The notes: generated by a model not told the origin, from the sequence alone. Shown: positions 9,525-18,220, numbered from the stretch's first letter. The stretch is 32,000 nt of DNA from Kineococcus radiotolerans SRS30216 = ATCC BAA-149 (GCF_000017305.1 NC_009664.2:4560001-4592000); one strand, 5' to 3'. A program made the numbers and translations.

Positions 9525-10059
9525 CCCGCTCCGTCGGCGGGCCAGGAGCCGAGCCCGTGCCTGACGGTCGCAGGTTCCGGCTGACGTGTGAACCCGATCG
9601 CTCGGCGGCTGGACGTCCACGGCATCACGGGCCGCGGTGAAGTTGGCGAGGGCGGTGAGGTCAGCTGGGTAGGGCTGCGATGACGCGCTCGCTGTCGAGG
9701 CGCCGGGTGTAGCTGCCGTTGTTCACGGGTGTGCAGTAGCCCTGCTCGTCGCGGCGTCCGGTGGCGAAGCGTGGGTCAGGGCGGCGGCGATGCTGATGAG
9801 TCGTGCGTTGCCTGCCGGATGACTGCGACCCCCGGTCCCCAGGCGTTCGAGCAGGGCTTCGTGGGGCGGTGACGTAAGGGGGTACTTGGCGAGCCGTGGT
9901 GAGGTGTGGTCGTGGGGGCCGGCTGGTTGGGGACCTGTGCGGTGTACGGGGTGCGGTGTGTCAGTTGAGCCCGGGGTTGGGCTCGATCCGGTGGCCCGGC
10001 GAGGTGAACGGGCTCCTGAGCCCGTCAAGGGCACCCGTCGGGGCGCCGATGTTCGTCCT

Positions 10060-11982
10060 GTGACGCGACGTGCGCAACGGGTGGCCGCTCTGGTGGACGG
10101 TGGGGTGGACTTCCCCCGCCGCCTGCTCGCGGGCCTGTGCGCGCGGCTGGCCCCGACCCAGTGGCAGGTCGTGGCCTACAACACCTGGCGCGACAGGCTG
10201 CACGATGCGGACCTGCTCGTGCAGGCGCTGGAAGCAGGACACTTCGCTGCGCTCATCGTGACCCAGCAGCGCAACGCCGAGTCTGAGCGCGTGGCCGTCA
10301 CCGCTGCCCGGAAGTACCACGTCCCCGTGCTCGGCGTCGGCAGGCGCGTTCCCGGGGCCGTCGCCGTGATGGCCGACAACCACGTCGGCATGTCCGCGCT
10401 CCTCGACCACGTCCTGGCTGACGGGAAGGCTCGGCGGCCGGTGTTCCTGCGCGGCAACCCCGGCAGCCCCGACGCCGAGGAACGCGAGGACGCCTTCGTG
10501 CAGGGGTTGCGACGTCACGACATCCCTCTCTGCGCCGCGCGGGTGCTCGACTCCGGATTCGACCGCGACCCCGCCTTCCGGGCCTTGAACCGCTGCCTGC
10601 AGGACGGCTTCCGCCCCGACGCGGTCGTGGCGGGCAACGACGAAGCGGCCCTGGGAGCCCTTGACGCCGTGGCCCTCGCCGGTTTCCGGGTGCCTCAGGA
10701 CCTGTCCGTCACCGGCTTCGACGACTCCCCGATCGCCGAGCTCATCGGGCTGACCTCCATCGACCAGGACCTCCCCGCGCAGGGGCGGGCGGTCGCGGAA
10801 GCCCTCCTGGGGACCGGGCGCCGAGACGTCGTCGTCGTGAGCGCGGCCCGGCTACGGCGCTCGACGGGTGTGGAGTGCGCTGAGAGCGGCGTGCGTCCCC
10901 TGCCGCACCGGGACCGCCTCGCCCAGGTCCACGACCTGCACCGGGTGCTCACGACGTGCAGCTCCGTGGCGGAAGTGATCGACGTGCTGCCGGCGTGGTT
11001 GCCGCGACTCGGCATCGACCGCTTCGCCCTCGTGCTGCGCCTTCCCGGCCCCACCAGTGGTGAGGCGCTCGCCCGGGTGGCCCTGCTGTGCTCCGGTGAC
11101 GTCGTCCAGACGCACTCCTCCGCGCCCTTCCCCGAACGACTCCTCCTGCCCCCCGCTCTCGAGGACGCCTTCCCCCAAGCGGTGGCGGTCAGGACGTTGG
11201 TGGGCCCCTCCGGGTGTCACGGCCTGATGGTCCACGGCATCGAGCAGGACGAGCAGGACCGGACCGTCACCGCAGCCCTGCAGGTGGCCCTCGGCCAGGT
11301 CGTCGACACCCTCCAGCGCGAGCAGGAGCTCACCCACCGGGCCGAAGCCCTGGGCAGGCACGCGGAACGCCTGGAGGAGCTCGTCGCGGAGCGCACCGCC
11401 GCTCTGGAGGCGGAGGTGGCGACGAGGCAGGCGGCCGAGGCGCGGTTGCGCAAGGCCAACGTCGAGCTCGAGAGGCTGAGTTCGATGGATGAGGTCACCC
11501 AGGTGGCGAACCGGCGGGCGTTCAACCGCTTCCTGGAGAGCGCGTGGGACCGGGCGTCTCGTGACGGGGAACCGGTGGGGCTGGTGATGTGCGACCTCGA
11601 CGCCTTCAAGGCCTACAACGACCTCTACGGCCACCTGGCCGGGGACCACTGCCTGCGCCAGGTCGCTGCCGCCCTGACGTCGTCCGCTCGGCGATCTTCT
11701 GACCTCGTGGCTCGCTACGGCGGTGAGGAGCTGGTGCTGCTCCTGCCCGGGGCGGGCCCCGAGGCGACCGCCCGGGTGGCCGAAGCGGCCGTCGCTGCTG
11801 TGCGCGCGCTCAGGCTGGAGCACGAGCGCGGTCCCCGGGGTCTGGTCACCGTCAGCGCCGGGTGGGCGGTGGCGAACCCCGCGCTGGAGGATGACGAGCA
11901 GTCCCTCATCCGCGCCGCGGACACCGCCCTGTACCGCGCCAAGGAGCACGGGCGCGACCGTTGCGTCGGTCCCGGCAGGTAA
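10060..11982 (+). CDS. Sensor diguanylate cyclase: LacI/PBP-type sugar-binding-like domain + coiled coil + GGDEF-type domain (GGEEL variant)
   Basis: PBP-like RVAALVDG...VVAYN...ALIVTQQ...VPVLGVG...PVFLRG...AVVAGNDEAALGALDA...VPQDLSVTGFDD. C-terminus has VANRRAFNRFLE, DLDAFKAYNDLYGHLAGD and RYGGEELVLLL with an RSSD I-site. The ORF is open from 9886; GTG 10060 is my best guess for the start. Confidence 0.8.
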   Translation: MTRRAQRVAALVDGGVDFPRRLLAGLCARLAPTQWQVVAYNTWRDRLHDADLLVQALEAGHFAALIVTQQRNAESERVAVTAARKYHVPVLGVGRRVPGAVAVMADNHVGMSALLDHVLADGKARRPVFLRGNPGSPDAEEREDAFVQGLRRHDIPLCAARVLDSGFDRDPAFRALNRCLQDGFRPDAVVAGNDEAALGALDAVALAGFRVPQDLSVTGFDDSPIAELIGLTSIDQDLPAQGRAVAEALLGTGRRDVVVVSAARLRRSTGVECAESGVRPLPHRDRLAQVHDLHRVLTTCSSVAEVIDVLPAWLPRLGIDRFALVLRLPGPTSGEALARVALLCSGDVVQTHSSAPFPERLLLPPALEDAFPQAVAVRTLVGPSGCHGLMVHGIEQDEQDRTVTAALQVALGQVVDTLQREQELTHRAEALGRHAERLEELVAERTAALEAEVATRQAAEARLRKANVELERLSSMDEVTQVANRRAFNRFLESAWDRASRDGEPVGLVMCDLDAFKAYNDLYGHLAGDHCLRQVAAALTSSARRSSDLVARYGGEELVLLLPGAGPEATARVAEAAVAAVRALRLEHERGPRGLVTVSAGWAVANPALEDDEQSLIRAADTALYRAKEHGRDRCVGPGR

Positions 11983-12377
11983 CGTCGCCGCTGGGTCAGC
12001 CCTGCGTGAGCATCAACCGTGGGAGACGGGCCTGGGAGGCGGGCCATCCCCGGTTGTCCGGGGGAGTCGAGAACAACCTCTGGACCTGCTCGGTCACCTG
12101 GCGTCTCACGGATGCCTCCACACTTCGACGCTGCTTGGGCAGGGATGCTGTTGTGGTGGTCGCGGGGATCACCAGAGCAGCAGCCTTCGCCCGTCCCGTC
12201 AACGTGTTCACTCATGGTCCGTCGCCGTTCTCACTCACGACGTGGAGCAGTCGGTACTGGCTGGCGGAGACGCCCCTGGTGTCAGTGCTCAGGACCTGTT
12301 CAACGAATCCGACGAGGTCTGGAGCTACTGCACCGAGGTGCTCGGGCACGCTGGGAGTCGAGTCTCTCCGGGCGGGT

Positions 12378-13118
12378 CTAGCGGTTCAGGACGCCCCCAC
12401 CCTTTATCTGGCCCTTCACCTGGTCCAGAACCTCACCTCCGATCTGGCCCTTCACCTGGCGCAGCAGAGCCTGATCGATCGCCCGGCTCTGTGCCAGCGC
12501 CCGGTCCCCGGCGACGCGGTCGGCTTCCTGACGTTGCGCGTCGGCCTCCTCGCGCAGCAGCTCCGCCGGTGTGCGCGGAGGCCCGCCGTCGCGGTGCAGG
12601 AGGTCGGCGGCTTCGGCGGCGGCGTCGTGCAGGACCTGCAGGTCTCTATCGGTGAAGGTGTGGGGGTCTCGGCCCATGACGCAGACGGTGCCGATGACCT
12701 GCTGGTGCAGTCGCAGCGGTACCCCGGCGTAGCTGGCGATGGCGAAGCGGCGCAGCAGGGGGTTGTCGCGGTGGCGTCGGTCGCGTTCGAGGTCGTCGAT
12801 GACGTAGGCGTCGCCGGTGAGGACGACGTCGGTGCAGGGGGCGAACTCCGCGGGCACGGTGCGGACCAGGCGCAGCCAGCCGCTGAGGCCGTGGAAGGCG
12901 GGGTACACCGCGGCGCGTTCGGTGAGCACGCTGAGCGTGCTGATGGGCAGGCCCACCTGCTGCGCGACGCTGGCGGTGAGCTCGTTCAAGCGCGCCGCGG
13001 TGCCCGGGCGGGGTCGGGTGCCGTACTGCCGGACTACCCGCAGACGTTCCAGGCTCCCCAGTCCCGCAAGATCTTCGTGCACTATTGGCCCCTTGTCCCC
13101 GCGTCGGCTGCTGGGCAC
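12378..13118 (-). CDS. GAF domain-containing protein
   Basis: ARLNELTASVAQQVGLPISTLSVLTERAAVY...DAYVIDDLERDRRHRDNPLLRRFAIASYAGVPLRLHQQVIGTVCVMG is GAF-like. The C-terminal coiled tail carries a duplicated LxQVKGQI segment. Confidence 0.7.
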   Translation of the reverse strand: MPSSRRGDKGPIVHEDLAGLGSLERLRVVRQYGTRPRPGTAARLNELTASVAQQVGLPISTLSVLTERAAVYPAFHGLSGWLRLVRTVPAEFAPCTDVVLTGDAYVIDDLERDRRHRDNPLLRRFAIASYAGVPLRLHQQVIGTVCVMGRDPHTFTDRDLQVLHDAAAEAADLLHRDGGPPRTPAELLREEADAQRQEADRVAGDRALAQSRAIDQALLRQVKGQIGGEVLDQVKGQIKGGGVLNR

Positions 13119-13301
13119 CGGTGGTGCCTACCAAGCGTTTCGGGGCTGCGTGGGGCGCTCTTGACGCGCACCGGGTGGTCCTGGGGCCTCTTTCACCCCC
13201 GCGGCGGCTCGCGTACCCCTACATGGCCCAGCGGTACCCGCGGACGGGTCTGGAGGGTCGCGCACCGACGTGGTGTCGAGCCGTGGTGTCGAGCCGTGGT
13301 G

Positions 13302-14020
13302 TCAGGTCATGACTCCGGATGCTACGAACCACCTCGACAACCCCTCACTCATCAGGAGCGCACGTGGCCGGCTGTCCGCGATGACGTGTCCTGGCGCCCC
13401 CTGAGGATCGGTGTAGGCGGAAGACCTCCTGCCCGCCGCCCAACCGGTGCGGTGGCTCAGCAGGTCCTTCTCCATCTCGCGCGGCAGGCCGTGCACCTTG
13501 CGGTGCGGGCGTTGCGGCGGGAGCTCCGCGCGCTGCATCCGCGGCCAGGTGTCGGCCATGGTCTCCTCCACCGGCCGGCACACCAGCCCCGCCCGTGCGG
13601 CCCTAGTGGTGTCGACTTCGAGGAACCCGGCGAACTTCCCGTGCGGGGGGATCTAGCACGACAGGTGCGTCCATGGTCCGGCTCCCGCGGCGGCCAGGTC
13701 CGCCTTGGGGATCCACACCAGCTCCGCGTCCGCACCGGTCGCCGCCACGCACGCGGTGAGCAGTCCGGCGGTCTGACCCCAGCGGTAGACGGAACCGCTG
13801 AGACGTAGGCATACCGGTGCACACTCCCCCTCAGGAGCTTGGCGGTGCCGGTGGCGACACGCGGTGCTCCGGCCCAGGTGTCCACCACCGCGTCCCAGCG
13901 TCGATCGCTAAAGGCTGCGGCCAGGGCGGTGGTGTTGGTGCGGCCGGCGTGCAGGATTTGCACGCCTGCGAGGAGGTGGCCGGTACGTCCGCGGTCCAAG
14001 ACGGTGGCGTCGCTGACCCG
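13302..14020 (-). pseudogene. Decayed NAD-dependent epimerase/SDR-family reductase gene
   Basis: The N-terminal part (VLDRGRTGHLL...ILHAGRTNT...WDAVVDTWAG...RYAYVS) is in one frame. The rest (SGSVY...AELVWIPKADL...FAGFLEVDTTRAARAGLVCRPVEETMADTW...GLPREMEKDLL) is in another frame, with a shift near 13800. There is an in-frame TAG at 13653-13655, and the central catalytic ~100 aa are missing. Confidence 0.6.
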
Positions 14021-14173
14021 GCGTTCCCGTTCCGTCCGCAGCTGAGAGCTGTCGCAGCCGCTGACGCGGCGGGCGTCACCGAGCAGGGTGGGGCGCGGTG
14101 AGCCCCGGGGCCAGCGCCCGGCGCAGCCGGCGACGTAGCCTGCTGGCGGTCTGGCCCGATTGGGTCTGGCCGG

Positions 14174-14398
14174 TCAGGCGCCTTCGTCCTCAGTGCGGGT
14201 GGCTGCCACCAGGGCGTTGGCGTGCCCGTGACCCATGCCGTGCTCGCTCTTGAGCCAAGCCACCTGCTGCATGTGCTTCACGTCGGGGTGCTGGGCGCGG
14301 TGCTCACGCAGCAGTTGCTGCCAGTGCGTGATCGGGTGTCCGTACTTCGCTTCGATGGCGGGGAAGTACGACGCGGGTCCCTTGGTGGTCTCAGGCAT
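14174..14398 (-). CDS. DUF4287 domain protein
   Basis: MPETTKGPASYFPAIEAKYGHPITHWQQLL...VAWLKSEHGMGHGHANALVA matches the DUF4287 pattern. ATG 14398 is preceded by GGAGGAG (14405-14411) with a 6-nt spacer. The 134-aa ORF in the track only extends through the upstream repeat array. Confidence 0.85.
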   Translation of the reverse strand: MPETTKGPASYFPAIEAKYGHPITHWQQLLREHRAQHPDVKHMQQVAWLKSEHGMGHGHANALVAATRTEDEGA

Positions 14399-14410
14399 GA
14401 GGCTCTCCTC

Positions 14411-14550
14411 CTGGTGCTCGTCGGTGCTGGCCGGTGCTGGCCGGTGCTGGCCGGTGCTGGCCGGTGCTGGCCGGTGCTGGCCGGTGCTGGTCGGTGCTGG
14501 TCGGTGCTGGTCGGTGCTGGTCGGTGCTGGTCGGTGCTGGTCGGGTGTTG
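14411..14550. repeat. 10-bp tandem array, 12 perfect units in two blocks plus degenerate flanking units
   Basis: TCGGTGCTGG x1 (14421), CCGGTGCTGG x6 (14431-14490), TCGGTGCTGG x5 (14491-14540). Degenerate units at 14411-14420 and 14541-14550. The array abuts the RBS of the DUF4287 gene. Confidence 0.98.
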
Positions 14551-14716
14551 ATTGGGGTGTCGTTGAGGGATGGACCATTGGTACTCGCGTAGCTCATCGT
14601 TTCTTGGCTGCTCAGTGCGTCTTCGACCGCGCCCAGAGGGAGAGCCGCAGACGTCTCGAGGGCCGCTATCACCGGTGTTGGTCCTGGCACCCTGCAGTGT
14701 GGGTGTCGTGAAGTCA

Positions 14717-15373
14717 TCAGCGCCTCAAGCCGAGGGTGGCGATGAGGTCCTCGTGCAGCTCGAACCACACCCGGTGGCAGGAGTCGCGATCGATGCCGCT
14801 GATCCACGCCGGGTCAGCGGGAGCGGCGTCCACCGCTGCGCTGAAGCGGGAGTGGTACCCGGTGAAGCGGGTCAGGCCAGCGCGCAACCTCCCCTCCAGG
14901 CCGACCAGGGCGTTCGCGGCGGTCTGGAGGGTGTGCAGGGTTGCGGGCAGGTCGGCGGTGTGGTCACCGATGCCCATCTCGCTGAGCTGCCACGTGGTGC
15001 AGGTCTCGGCGACGACGGCGTTCCAGGCCAGGAAGTCGGTGTGGACCGCCTCGACGAGGGGACGGGTGCCGCTGGCCTGCAGTTCGGCGGCCAGCAGGTG
15101 CTCACCGTGCAGCTTGCCCGCCTCGGTCAGTGACCAGCCCTCATCGCCGGCGTAGCGGGTGCACGTCACCCAGCCATGGGCTTGAGCGTCGAGCAGGTGT
15201 TCGCGGACCTGGGCGTCCACGACATCCGGCTCGTCGCGCAGTGAGCGGGGTTCGAGGGCGCGGGGTTCGAGGGCGCGGGATGTGAGGAGGGTCGTGATGC
15301 GGGCGGTGTCGGCGTAGCCGAGGGTCCGCACGGCGTGCAGCACGAGCAGTTCGGGGGTGGAGGTGCCACTCAC
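14717..15373 (-). CDS. Hypothetical 218-aa protein, last gene of the HTH / PEP-utilising operon (possible N-terminal winged-helix region)
   Basis: GTG start overlaps the upstream stop (GTGA at 15370-15373). Contains a 15-bp x2 duplication (15245-15274) encoding RALEPRALEP. I recognise no family. Confidence 0.6.
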   Translation of the reverse strand: MSGTSTPELLVLHAVRTLGYADTARITTLLTSRALEPRALEPRSLRDEPDVVDAQVREHLLDAQAHGWVTCTRYAGDEGWSLTEAGKLHGEHLLAAELQASGTRPLVEAVHTDFLAWNAVVAETCTTWQLSEMGIGDHTADLPATLHTLQTAANALVGLEGRLRAGLTRFTGYHSRFSAAVDAAPADPAWISGIDRDSCHRVWFELHEDLIATLGLRR

Positions 15374-16674
15374 CGGTTCTCCTTCGGGCTGTCGCAGGCG
15401 CGAGGACGGGGGCGACTGCTGGTGCTGGTGCTGGTGCTGGTGCTCGTGCTGGTGGAGGTGGTGATGGTGCCGTGGGTCCCGTCCACGCGCACCAGGCGGC
15501 CGTCGGTGAGCACGTCGGTCGCGCCGGCTGCGTCGGTGACGGCGGGGATGGCGAACTCGCGGGCGACGATCGCTGCGTGGGCGAGGATCCCGCCGATCTC
15601 GGTGACCACGGCGGCGGCCCGGGCCAGCAGGGGTGTCCAGGCCGGGGAGGTGGCGCGGCAGACGAGCACGTCGCCGGGGCTGAAGCGGGCGAAGTCGTCC
15701 AGGTCACGGATGACTCGGGCCGGGCCGGTGGTGGTGCCTGGGCTGGCGGGGGTGCCCCTCAGCAGGACGGCACCGGCACTGGTCTCAGCGCCGGTCTCAA
15801 CGCCGTCTGTGCCGCACCGTGTGCCCTCGGGTCCTGCGGGGGCTGTGGCGGTGGGCCCTAGGGAGGAGCCGGTGGTGGGCCCCAGGGGGGAGCCGGCGGT
15901 GGCCCCCCGGGTGGAGCCGGTACTGGATCCCGCGGTGGAGCGGGTGGTGATGGGCCGGGCCTGCAGGATCCACGTCGTTCCTGCGGCGATGGCCCACTCC
16001 ACGTCCTGCGCAGCGCCCAGCAGTTCCTCGACGCGGTGGGCGGTGTCCGCGAGGTCGTTCAACTGGGCGGGGGTGAGCAGGGCGCCGGTGTCTGCACCGG
16101 CGTGCGCGCCGGCGTGCGCACCGGGTTGCGTGCCGGGGTTCACGAGCCAGCGCTGCGGGGTGCTGCGGCCGCTGACGAGTGCGTCGCCGAGCCCACGGGT
16201 GGCTTCGACGACGACCTGCTCGGCGCCGGTGACGGGGTGGTGGGTGAACATCACCCCGGCCACCTCGGCGGGGACCAGCACTTGGATGAGCACCGGGGAT
16301 CCGCTGATTGGTGCCACCTGGTCCGGTGAGCGGCCGAGGCGAGTGGTGTAGGTGGTGGCGGCAGCGCCGGAAGCGGCCGAGTGGCGCACCTCCCGCACCA
16401 CCTCCGCGGGCGTCCGTGCTCCCAGGTGAGTGTGCAACTGACCGGCGAAGCTGACGCGCTGGCCGTCTTCGCCCGCAGCGGAGGAGCGCACCGCGAACGG
16501 CCCGCCGCCCAGGGCGCGCAACACCGGTTCCAGTTCGTGCTGCCAGTGGTCTCCGTCGAGGGCGTTCAGGACGACGACGCCGGGCGGAACGGGCAGACCG
16601 GCGTGCCGCAGTCGCGCCAGGGTCGCCGCCTTGACGCCGCAGCGGGGGTCCGCCTCGGTTAGTGGGATGAGCAC
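15370..16674 (-). CDS. PEP-utilising enzyme family protein: PEP/pyruvate-binding (ATP-grasp-like) N-terminal domain + swivel phosphohistidine domain, with no third catalytic domain
   Basis: N-terminus LIPLTEADPRCGVKAATLARLRHAGLPVPPGVVV. C-terminus GTPASPG...ARVI...FSPGDVLVCRATSPAWTPLL..AAAVVTEIGGILAHAAIVAREFAIPAV. A long low-complexity linker and a (ST)n tail are encoded by tandem DNA repeats. Confidence 0.8.
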   Translation of the reverse strand: MLIPLTEADPRCGVKAATLARLRHAGLPVPPGVVVLNALDGDHWQHELEPVLRALGGGPFAVRSSAAGEDGQRVSFAGQLHTHLGARTPAEVVREVRHSAASGAAATTYTTRLGRSPDQVAPISGSPVLIQVLVPAEVAGVMFTHHPVTGAEQVVVEATRGLGDALVSGRSTPQRWLVNPGTQPGAHAGAHAGADTGALLTPAQLNDLADTAHRVEELLGAAQDVEWAIAAGTTWILQARPITTRSTAGSSTGSTRGATAGSPLGPTTGSSLGPTATAPAGPEGTRCGTDGVETGAETSAGAVLLRGTPASPGTTTGPARVIRDLDDFARFSPGDVLVCRATSPAWTPLLARAAAVVTEIGGILAHAAIVAREFAIPAVTDAAGATDVLTDGRLVRVDGTHGTITTSTSTSTSTSTSTSSRPRPRACDSPKENR

Positions 16675-16677
16675 GAC

Positions 16678-17169
16678 TCACCCGCCCGTCTCGAGGTGGC
16701 GGCTCTTGCTGCTGCGACGGGCTTCGCCATCGCTATTGCCGGCGCCGGCGCTGTTGCTGGCCCTGCCGTCGGTGTCTTCATCGCGGTCCCCGTCGCCAGG
16801 ACCATCGAGGCGGGTCAGGATGCGGTTCAACCGTTGCTGCGCTGCCTGCGCCGAGCCCAGGCCGAGCGCGACGGCGACCTGCGGCCACGTCATCCCCGCG
16901 GCGCGCGCGGCGAAGAGCAACGCCGCCTCGACCTGGTCCAGTTCTGCGCGGGCCGCGTCCAGCAGGTGCAGACCGGATCGCAGCAGGTGCGGATCGGTAC
17001 TGTCCGCATCGCGGGCGACCCAGGCGGCCAGGCGCACCAGTTCGGTGTCGGAGAGGGGCCGGCCGCGGTGCTGCCACGGTCGCGGTGGCAGGTCGCCGCC
17101 GCCGGCCGCCTCGAGAGCCGTGCGTGCCCGGTCCAGGAGGGCGGCGGCGTCGTGGTCAGAGGAGGGCAC
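16678..17169 (-). CDS. Helix-turn-helix (sigma-70 region-4-like) DNA-binding protein, first gene of the operon
   Basis: MTWPQVAVALGLGSAQAAQQRLNRILTRL is an HTH-like segment. The stop lies 3 nt before the next gene's GTG. The start appears leaderless (see promoter feature). Confidence 0.55.
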   Translation of the reverse strand: MPSSDHDAAALLDRARTALEAAGGGDLPPRPWQHRGRPLSDTELVRLAAWVARDADSTDPHLLRSGLHLLDAARAELDQVEAALLFAARAAGMTWPQVAVALGLGSAQAAQQRLNRILTRLDGPGDGDRDEDTDGRASNSAGAGNSDGEARRSSKSRHLETGG

Positions 17170-17175
17170 GTGACC

Positions 17176-17216
17176 AGTTCAACTCCTCAACAGAACGTTG
17201 TCAACTACTCGTTGAG
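17176..17216 (-). promoter_or_regulatory. Candidate sigma-70-type promoter for a leaderless transcript, plus a nested CAAC/GTTG palindrome (possible operator)
   Basis: Minus strand reads TTGACA (17204-17199), 17 nt, TGAACT (17181-17176), 6 nt, GTG start codon (17169). Overlapping plus-strand sequence CTCAACagaacGTTGtCAACtactcGTTGAG at 17186-17216. Confidence 0.4.
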
Positions 17217-18220
17217 AGGCGAGTGTCGGAGTGGTTGGCGGGTCACAGCAGAACGTCACCTCCTCGGGCGGCGTCTGCCTTCACCGACCGACGAGGGTGT
17301 CAGCAGCGAATGATGAGGAAGCATGCTGCACGACAGGTGCCGGGTGTCTGCGATGGGTGGTGGAGGCCGCGGCCTCAGTCCCGGGCTTCAGACCAGGGCT
17401 GAGGATGGGGGTGTAGCGCCTGGTGCGTGATGGTGTGGACCTCACTGACCCGGTCGTAGCTGACCCATCCGCCGATTGGTCCGCTGTGCTCGAAGTCTCC
17501 AAACTGCACCCTGCTGCTTTCCTCGCGGGCTCTCAGTACTCCTGCGGAGTCCCGCCCCTGGCCGTGCCTCTGATATACCCCGGCCGTCGCCGAGACGCAC
17601 GACGTGCTTGATCTCAGACTTCGGCGTCTGCTGATGCAGCAGCTCGTTGCTGGCCCTGAGGACGGTGTCCAGGGCCGACATCGGCGTGACCGCGATGCGT
17701 CGGAGCCGACGTCCACCCAGATCGCGGGATGACCGCGCGCTCCGCTGTGTGCTCGTGCTCTACTGGAGTCCTTCGTGCCCTGGACCCGGCGCGGTGGCAG
17801 CACCACCTGATGACTCGGTGGGGAGAAGTCTGCGTGGGGGTCTCTCGCCTCGGGAGCCGGCCGTGCCCGCCCCGCCAGGTCTGCGGGTGGCAATGCGTCG
17901 AGCCGACGGCGCGGCGGGAGGCCTGACCTCGATCGAACAGCCGGAGGGGTCAGGACTTCGCGTGCGCGGCTAGCTGCTGCTGACTCGGCCGCCACTGACT
18001 CGACCGCCACTGACTTGGCCCGTAGCCGACGCTGGGCCTCGGTGCTGGCGGGGCACTACCCTGTAGTCACTGCGCCACCGTGGCGTCGCCTCCACCGCCC
18101 AGGCGGAGGGCGCCACGGCCTGGGTTGGACCCACAGCTCTCGCAGGTTCCGTCACCGCTTCTGCAGCGGCGGGAACCGTTGCGGGGCGTCGAGCTCCGCG
18201 CCCCGTGTGGAGGAGCCCCC

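Noticed and set aside
9600-9900. Minus-strand protein-like fragments (…ARLISIAAALT…, …DEQGYCTPVNNGSYTRRLDSERVIAALPS*) suggesting another gene remnant.
   Set aside because: Only short fragments in two frames are present and I recognise no family. They are noted but cannot be supported as a feature.
11996-12211. 71-aa minus-strand ORF downstream of the GAF gene.
   Set aside because: Codon usage is mixed, there is no RBS and no recognisable motif, and it sits in the convergent gap after the GGDEF gene. Support is insufficient.
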